The position numbers and the translations under genes were made by a program. A model generated the notes under the pieces. The model ran no database searches and had not been told where the DNA came from. It saw only the letters and a list, made by a program, of their open reading frames with translations. This document shows, in pieces, positions 23,019 through 31,276 of a DNA stretch of 31,276 bases; the first letter of the stretch is position 1; each line of letters opens with the position of its first letter. The stretch covers positions 1 through 31,276 of the forward strand of contig NW_021836400.1 of NCBI RefSeq assembly GCF_006345805.1, written 5' to 3'. Source of the DNA: Octopus sinensis (Eukaryota).

Positions 23019-23399
23019 TCTCTCTCTATATATAAACGGCAGTTTGTCTCTGCGTTTCTGTGTGTCTGTTTGCTTGTACCCTCACCCTGACCCGGCTTTC
23101 AAACCGATTCTGATGAAACTTGACACACACATAGCCCAATGTCATAATTCAAAACTAACGCAGCGAAAATTTTGAAAAGTTCCCCCATTCTGAAAAAAAT
23201 CGATAAATTCGACATGGGGGTCGAGAATCAAAACACAACCGCAAACTGTCTAGGGGACGCAACTCCACCTTTTTTTAACTAAAAAAAAATTTACCATAAT
23301 TTTTTTCCATTTTTTTGCTATCTTTTGGCTATAACTCTCTAAAAATGCTTTATAGTTATTTCCCTTACAAACCTGAGCAACGCCGGGCGATACTGCTAG
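23019..23399 (+). mobile_element. Non-autonomous Helitron
   Basis: A|TC start, subterminal GC-rich hairpin CCTGAGCAACGCCGGG, CTAG|T end, no TSD. Confidence 0.8.
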
Positions 23400-23493
23400 T
23401 ATTTATATAAAACTTACTTGACGTTGAATCATACAATAATATAAATAATATATATATATGCATATATAAGTACGTACACAGACACACACATAT

Positions 23494-23530
<37 letters not shown>

Positions 23531-23859
23531 TGTGTGTGTGTGTGAGTGTGTGTGTGTTGTAATTAATACAAGTTTAAATATTTAACATATATGGAGAATA
23601 ACTTTATTCTACATGTTTATATGTAAGAAAAAGATATATCGATATGTTTTCACTATTATTCAGCTTAAAGTATAATGTATACGCATTCTTGGGCATATAT
23701 AATTCATATGAACATACGTAACAAGACTGAAAAGAATGGGAGAGAACAGGGGAAAATGAGACACATGCTACTTAGAATATTTTGTGGACAAAAACGTTTT
23801 TGAATATATATACTCTAAATAACTGGTTTGGATCTGTTTCAGCAAGGTCAGTTTCTTAT

Positions 23860-24278
23860 ATTTGTTTCAGTCATTTGACTGCGGCCATGCTGAAGCGCCG
23901 CCTTTAGTCGACCCCACAACTTATTCTTTGTAAGCCTAGTACTTATTATATCGGTTCTCTTGCCGAACCGCTAAGAGACGGGGACTCACAAGCGTCGGAT
24001 GTGTAGCGATGTTGGGAGGACAAACACAGACACACAAACATACACACACACACACGTACACACAACACACACACACACACATATATATATATATCTATAT
24101 ATATATATATATGTACGACGTGCTTTTAGTTTCCGTCTGCCAAATCCACTCACAAGGATTTAGTCCGCCCGTGGCTATAGTAGAAGACACTTACCCAAGG
24201 TGCCACGCAGTAGGACTGAACCCAGAACCATGTGGTTGATAAGCAAGCTACTCATCACACTGCCACTCCTGCCACTCC
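23860..24278 (-). mobile_element. Full-length SINE A
   Basis: Tail 23860-24025, (CA)n/(TA)n, body/head 24113-24278. Confidence 0.8.
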
Positions 24279-24349
24279 TGCCTCTGGAAAGCTTTATGTA
24301 GCTTTTGCATATATTTTCCTTATTTAAAACCGTATGCTGGTTAATGATC

Positions 24350-24632
24350 TTACATACATGCATACATACACCCGTACATACATAAATACATACATACGTA
24401 CGTACATACATACATACATACATACATACATTCATACATAATACATACATACGTACGTACATACATACATACATACATACATACATACATACATACATAC
24501 ATACATACATACATACGTGCATACATACATACATAAAGACATACATACATACGTACATACATACATGCATACATACATACACACATACATACGTACGTAC
24601 ATACATACATACATACATACATACATACATAC
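24350..24632. repeat. (TACA)n microsatellite
   Basis: Directly visible; adjoins the 3' end of SINE D. Confidence 0.95.
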
Positions 24633-24635
24633 AAC

Positions 24636-24899
24636 TGAGACCCTCATCAGTCATGAATGATCATGGGATTGCACCTAGAAAGTTATCCCCCGAGGCACAA
24701 GTCGGGGCAAATTTAATTATGGAAGACAAGTAATTCGCCCATGCATACCAGCCTCCCCTCTCCACGCCACAGCTGAGTTAACTGGAGCAACGTGGAATAA
24801 AGTGTCTTGCTCGAGAACACAACATGCAGCCGGGCCCGAGAATCGAACTCACAACTTCACGATCGTAAGCTCGAAGCTCTCACCACTGAGCCATGAGCC
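24636..24899 (-). mobile_element. tRNA-derived SINE family D
   Basis: Minus: GGCTCATGGCTCAGTGGTGAGAGC (A box) ...GAGTTCGATTCT (B box) ...CGAGCAAGACACTTTATTCCAC (CORE-like). Confidence 0.7.
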
Positions 24900-24906
24900 T
24901 TAACTA

Positions 24907-25311
24907 TACCTATTTCTTTATTACCCACAAGGGGCTAAACATAGAAGGGACAAACAAGGACAGACATAGGTATTGAGTCGATTACATCGACCCCAGTGCG
25001 TAACTGGTACTTAATTTATCGACCCCGAAAGGATGAAAGGTAAAGTCGACCTCGGCGGAATTTGAACTCACAATGTAACGGCAGACGAAATACCTATTTC
25101 TTTATTACCCACAAGGGGCTAAACACAGAGGGGATAAACAAGGACAGACATAGGTATTAAGTCGATTACATCGACCCCAGTGCGTAACTGGTACTTAATT
25201 TATCGACCCCGAAAGTCGACCTCGGCGGAATTTGAACTCACAACGTAACGGCAGACGAAATGCCGCTAAGCTTTTCGCCCGACGTGCTAACGTTTCTACC
25301 AGCTCTCCGCC
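24907..25311 (-). mobile_element. SINE family B dimer (full copy plus headless second unit) within an ~11-bp TSD
   Basis: Units 24907-25090 and 25091-25260 near-identical except a 14-bp deletion; head 25261-25311; flanks TTA(A)CTATACC at ~24900-24910 and 25312-25321. Confidence 0.85.
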
Positions 25312-25376
25312 TTACTATACCTACCTACCTACATACATACATACACATACATACATACATACATACATACATACAT

Positions 25377-25418
<42 letters not shown>

Positions 25419-26139
25419 ATTAATGTAGCTCATCTTTACTATCAGTTGCAATGTTTTGGAACCACTCCGTTTTTTTGCCATTTCAAGTAAAGAATTTCAT
25501 TATTTGACGTTGATTACATTGGAGTGGCACTTTATCAGGCTGACAGGAATAGATGTGTTCTTACATTGTCCGACGGCCCAAAGTTTTAGTTTGCTTATAT
25601 AGGGAAGAAACTATGAGTAGAAAAGAGAGAAAAAATATAGAAATAATGGACAAAACGATAAGAAATGAGATGAGGAAAAGGGAGATGGAACGAGATGGAG
25701 ATGGATATATACAATATATGTATGTGTGTGTGTTCGTGTGTGTATGTGTATCTGTATATACATACATATATACATATGCATATACATACATATACTTATA
25801 TATACATACAGTGAGAGAAAGAGAGTGAGAAAGAAGGAGAGAAGAAAAAATATATCCAAGCATATATGTGTATAGACATATGCATTTATAGACATATATA
25901 TATTATAGATGTGTACATTTGCATGCATGCACAGACACACCCACATACAGACACATACATACACTCACATACATGCATGCACGAATCTCTATTTACAGAG
26001 AGAGCAATGCAATCACAAACATCGAGACAAAATGTTTTCTGTCTATGTTATAAATAGTTAGAGAAAAAAATTATAAATTCTGTACATTTTACTCCTTATA
26101 TTTATCACTACAACGCATCACGTAGTGGAAATTTTTTTT

Positions 26140-26188
<49 letters not shown>

Positions 26189-26199
26189 ACACACACACA

Positions 26200-26247
<48 letters not shown>

Positions 26248-27675
26248 GTGTGTGTTGGTCCGTTAATTAATAATGAGGAATATAAAGTAGTAAGCGGCCG
26301 CAGTTCTCACAATCAATATAGTAACAGTAACGCAGTTTTAATATCAGAAGCTAATCCCAATAGAATAAGGTTCTTGTCGAGTAACTCCAAGATCAGAATG
26401 CCATTTACCAATGCAAGATTTACACAGATTCAGATGTCTACTCGTAGTCGGGCGGGGCCTCATCGTCAAAATTGGCCTTGAGAATTTCGAACCATTTCGC
26501 AACTTTTCGCGACGTGAATAAATACCAAGCTACGGGACTTAGCAGCTTATATGGCGCTTTGAAAGAACGCGAATTCAGCTTTTAGGCTGGAATGGTCGAT
26601 TTTTGTCGGTGGCCCTTCCATTTGATAGGGGCAGAAGGCGGTGCAATCTTTGTATCTCTGAGCTTTTCCCACATATTGTTCGCCAGAGACGGTTGGTAAA
26701 TGGTCTTTTACGTCGGCTTTTCGATGTCCCCATTGGAGGCGTCATACATATCTACATATAAATGATACCTAAGACAATTAACACCTTGTTACCCTACTAA
26801 ATGTAAATAATCTTTGGAAATAATTTTTGAGAAAGCTTTTAAAGAAATCTATGAATAACCCTTGCAAGGGGAAATTACTCCCATTAGGCGTGGAACTATA
26901 TATGCCCTTAGGATTCTTTGACGATGTTAAATTTTGACAGCAGGCCGAGTCGAACACACGAACACAAAAAATTCTTTCAGCCGCTTGACTGGTTTTTTCA
27001 GCAGTGGTCATTTTGTAGCCCCCCTCGCCAGCACACGACCCCGCACACATAGGCCATCACACACATACATGCTTATAAAGGCTTTTGTCTCGCCCCCAAA
27101 AATACACCCAGTATTCTTAATTTTTCAGAACATTAGTGTTGGTCACACAGAGCATCCCCACACTCCTCTTCTTCTACCGACTAGATCTGACCGCCGCCTG
27201 ACCTGTAGATATCTTCTTCAACGCACCAAATCCCCGATTTCAACGTACATTGTATACAGTTTCAGCCATGGGCTCCTAAGGAGCATCTTCGTTCGAATTG
27301 CTGTGCCTCTGTTTTGTTTTGTCCTGTCAACGGAATTCCTGTTTTTTTTTCCTGAAGAGAAAGCCGCAATATGGTACCCTTATTTAAACAGAATTTGGAA
27401 ATTTGTGGCCTTCGAAACATGTGTAGAATGTATAAAAGGTATTCTGTACAATCTTCGTTCAACTCCATTTATTCCATTCACTAATAATATTAAACTTCAA
27501 TTATCCGCTCCAACGCACGGTTGCAACACCAAATGGTCTTATCTCCAACCGTGCTGTTTTCCGCTGTGATTTTTGCTACCCAGGTATCGGTTAAACCTTT
27601 GAATAATCTGTTACAAGAAAATTCATCTTTCTATTTCAACAAATATATATATATATATATTATATATATATATAT

Positions 27676-27893
27676 AGGAGAGGAAAATTAATAAGGCAGA
27701 ATGCTAAACTGAAAGTAAATTTTAATAAAATGGGTGTAATTTCTTTTTTCCAGTTCCTCAATTTAAAAAATGTTTTACCCTTCCAAATCTTACTTTGAAA
27801 GCCGGTTTGATTTAATTTTTAAATTTTTCATACACCCTTTTTATTAAATTTACTTTCAGTTTAGCATTCTGCCTTATTATTTTTTCCTCTCCT
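27676..27893. mobile_element. ~218-bp fold-back element with ~62-bp near-perfect inverted arms, abutting (TA)n
   Basis: AGGAGAGGAAAATTAATAAGGCAGAATGCTAAACTGAAAGTAAATTTTAATAAAATGGGTGTA (27676-27738) pairs with 27831-27893. Confidence 0.85.
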
Positions 27894-27939
27894 GACATTT
27901 TTTCCACGTGCGGTTAACACAACCTCACCATTTACTGAC

Positions 27940-28016
<77 letters not shown>

Positions 28017-28164
28017 TTAAATTAAACTCATTAAATTTGGTAGCTAAAATACCTTCACACTGGAAATAGTAGCCAAAACTTGACTCTAAAACCACATTAA
28101 ATGTTCATACAGAACCAGGAGAGAAGACAAAAGGACAAGATGAACTAGCAACAATTACTGGATA

Positions 28165-28222
28165 ATTCCAGATCCCGGATTTCTGGCTTTGTATAAGAAA
28201 TGCTTCGCCTCTTCAGTGGAAT
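28165..28222 (-). ncRNA. Type I hammerhead ribozyme motif, best preserved in window
   Basis: Minus: ATTCCA-CTGAAGA-GGC(19 nt)GCC-A-GAAA-TC-CGG-GA-TC-TGGAAT; 6-bp helix I, 3-bp helix II, helix III with CCGG palindrome, AUC site; one extra A before GAAA. Confidence 0.7.
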
Positions 28223-28440
28223 ATACGCAGAATATGACGTAACATATATGCAAGACCGCTTAAGTGTACAACTATTTGTACAACTGAGTGTATTGAGTGT
28301 ATTGAACTTAAGTGTACAACTATTTTCTTTCCTTTATCGACGCATAATCGGAATGCGCCTTCATTGGGTCTGTTTGAACCGAACTACTTGCAAGAAAAAC
28401 ACTATTTTCTCCATCACTCTACAGATACTCGTGTATCACA

Positions 28441-28956
28441 TCTATATATATAAAACTGTAGTTGTGTGAGTCTGTCTCCTACGATTTAGATTCCTAACTC
28501 CTCCCACATTTTGCGGTGGCAGTTTAACCAAATTCGGGTATCTTATAGTCGTGATTAATATCGAGCCCGTCTGGCTATTAGCGCGCGTCTACGATGAGTC
28601 TACTACGATTTTAAAAATAATTTAACATCATTTTTTTATTCCATTTTAATGCATAATTTTTCGTGTGTCAATGGCGGCGGAGTGGCGTCCACGCTCAACC
28701 ACCTGCACCTGTGTTTGCTTCTCCCCCTTCTTCCCTCCCTCGTGAAGCTGTGGGGAAGGGAGTTAAGGAATCACGTCGTAATGCGTTTGTCAAGGAGACC
28801 AGCGTTCTTTTAGAACAACGACTTCATGGCTTGAAGACACCAAACAGAAATGGCTAAGAAAGCCCGAATTGGCATCTATAAGGGAAGTAACTCTCTAAAA
28901 ATGCTTATATAGTTATTTCCCTTACAACCCCCAGCAACGCCGGGCGATACTGCTAG
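28441..28956 (+). mobile_element. Non-autonomous Helitron (different interior, same 3' end as 23019-23399)
   Basis: A|TCTATATATATAAAACTGTAG start; CCCCCAGCAACGCCGGGCGATACTGCTAG|T end. Confidence 0.8.
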
Positions 28957-29409
28957 TACTTCATAATTTCGTAATTTACACACACACACAAACACACACA
29001 CACATTTACGAACACAGACATACACGCTTACGCACACACACACACACACACACACTCCCGCACACAATCACACACTTTTGGCTCATAGTTGCTTCCTCTG
29101 TCGTTCTTACGTGCGTGAGGTCTCTATGATTTCCATTTAACTGCTGGTAATTTCCATCATACGCAATTTAGCCCGCACACACACACGCCTATACCAGAAT
29201 GCACTTGCACACACAACCCCACCACATACACGCACACACATACTTTATGCATGCTCGACTCAAACAACGCATGCGTGTACACACAAACGTATTCGGTCCA
29301 GCGCCAACTACAAGAATGAGGGAATTCATACCGCCATTTTAACGACCATTCTCATACACATTTGCACTCAGAACGAATATTTAAACTACTAAAATAAACA
29401 ACCACACAC

Positions 29410-29975
29410 ACACTCTGTGTGTGTGTGTGTGTGTTTATGTGCGATTAAGTGTGTGCGTGCGTATGCATGTGTGTGTACGTGTGTGCGTGTGTTTGTGTGC
29501 GTGCATGGGCGTGTGTGCGTGTGTGTGTGCTCACGCGTGTGTATGTATGTGTGTAGTAACGTGTGTGTGTGTTGGGAGTAAGTGTGTGTGAGTGTGCGTG
29601 TATGTGTGCGTTTGTGTGTACGTATGTATGTAAGTGTGCGTGCATGTTTGTTCGTGCGCGCGTATGTGTGGTGTGTGTATGTGTTTGTGTGTATGTGTGT
29701 GTGTGATGTTTGTGCGCGTGTGTGTTTGTGTATGTGTATAAGTGTGTGCGCTTGTGCGTGTGTATGCGTGTGTGTGTGTATGTGTGTGTTTGTGTGTGTA
29801 AGTGTGTGTGTAAGTGTATGTGGATGATTGTGCGTTCGCGCACATGTATGTGTGTGTATGTGTATGTATGTGTGTATATGTAAGTGTGTATGCATGTTTG
29901 TTCGTGTGCGCGTATGTATGTATGCAAGTGTGTGTTTGCATGTGTGTGTATGTGTGTGTGTGGTGTGTGTGTGTA
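29410..29975. repeat. Long degenerate (GT)n/(GC) alternating purine-pyrimidine tract
   Basis: Directly visible; source of the poly-HT/CV ORFs. Confidence 0.9.
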
Positions 29976-30673
29976 TTAGGAACGGAAGTTACGGTGGTTA
30001 ATTTTATTTAAGTGAGAAATTGTTGCTGAAGAAATACGGTGCATTTCTGCAACAATGTGCACTAATTGACTTAAAGATTTCTACAAGAATTGCTAGAAAA
30101 TGCACCAAATGAATGTGCAACACCTTCCGTTCAACTGCAATAACAGATGCAGCGGAAACAACACCAGTAGCTGTAACAGAAACGATTCCATTTCTTAGTG
30201 CGGCCATCGGCAGTTAAAGATCAAGTTCTACTCCGTGTACAACAGTTCACACATAAATATTTTACGCGTTTGAAATGTGTGCACATGGTTTGCACACATT
30301 TGCACTCATATTTCATGCATATTTGCATGTTTTCTACACGTTCCGTATCCGGTTACATGCATTTCACACGATTTGCACAAATGTTTCACTTCTGTTTACA
30401 AGAATTTTAGATTCATTTAAATGCTTTCGAAACAAATATTGGCTTCCTTTTAATGGCTCCGAGGGAGCTATAGAATGTTTGCACAAGCACTCAGATTTGA
30501 GTGTATTGCTAACTATAGCAGAAACAGCTGTAACGTAATAAAGTTGAGCACATGACTCCTGTTCCCTTCTCATTCAATAATTTATATTACGTTGTGATCT
30601 TGCCTAACGCATTATTCTAAGAATATGTATATTGAGTTCTAACCATTGGTTATTAATATCGCAATACCTTGAT

Positions 30674-30708
<35 letters not shown>

Positions 30709-30782
30709 TAGTAAGAAAAAGGGAGGAGGTAGAGAACTTCGATTACCCCACGTAGTGAGTTGTTATACTATATATATATATA

Positions 30783-31177
30783 CTGTTTTACTTGTTTCAG
30801 TCATTTGACTGTTGTCATGCTGGAGCACCGCCTTTAGTCGAGCAAATCGACCCAGGACTTATTCTTTGTAAGCCTAGAACTTATTCTATCGGTCTCTTCT
30901 GCCGAGCCGCTACGTTACGGGGACGTAAATACACCAGCATCGGTTGTCAAGCGATGTTGAGGGAACAAACACAGACACACAAACTTACACACACATACAT
31001 ATATATACATATATGCGACGGGCTTCTTTCAGTTTCTGTCTACCAAATCCACTCACAAGGCTTTGGTCGACCCGAGGATATAGTAGAAGACTTTACCCAA
31101 GGTGCCACGCAGTGGGACTGAACTCGGAACCATGTGGTTGGTAAGCAAGCTACTTACCACACGGCCACTCCTACGCC
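30783..31177 (-). mobile_element. Full-length, well-preserved SINE A
   Basis: Reverse complement of the 118-515 copy including A/B boxes, body, short internal microsatellite and tail. Confidence 0.9.
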
Positions 31178-31276
31178 TATAGAGCCTCTTAAATAATAAA
31201 AAAAAGAAACTGTTCTTATAAACTGTTTCTTATAAAAAAGATAAATTGTTCCTATGTATGGCGACTTTTGAATCCC

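Noticed and set aside
23105-23125. CTGATGAAAC inside Helitron 1
   Set aside because: No helix II or helix I pairing; incidental.
24640-24660. CTGATGAGGG on the minus strand
   Set aside because: Part of the SINE D 3' end; no GAAA or helix partner follows.
26934-27569. Longest ORF in the window (211 aa, plus)
   Set aside because: TTG start, no recognisable domain, runs through CA-repeat and poly-T; most likely chance or antisense to a decayed element.

Overview
AT-rich, microsatellite-saturated eukaryotic DNA. I recognise the SINE set as octopus/cephalopod-like; this was not verified by a search. No host gene can be identified with confidence, and nearly all ORFs in the supplied track are translations of simple repeats or SINEs. 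The window is a mosaic of: at least four tRNA-derived SINE families; a dead, 5'-truncated Hsmar1-like mariner (5553-6325, minus); a Tc1/mariner 3' fragment (9860-10052); a degenerate Penelope-like retroelement (PLE) with RT plus C-terminal GIY-YIG domain between two (TA)n tracts (~13232-17365, minus); a second, much older PLE relic (~20750-21990); two non-autonomous Helitrons sharing a 3' end; and a ~550 bp element inside an (AAT)n tract. The most interesting signal is at the RNA level: about nine hammerhead-ribozyme-like motifs, the best at 28165-28222 (minus). Some sit inside 220-260 bp fold-back elements with 24-62 bp inverted arms close to (TA)n tracts. These may be a family of non-autonomous, ribozyme-carrying PLE derivatives that look like MITEs. 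Also present are TSD-enclosed SINE dimers, a 230 bp palindrome centred on (TA)n, a higher-order trinucleotide array and a weak pair of candidate host exons. All motif calls were made by eye and need computational confirmation.
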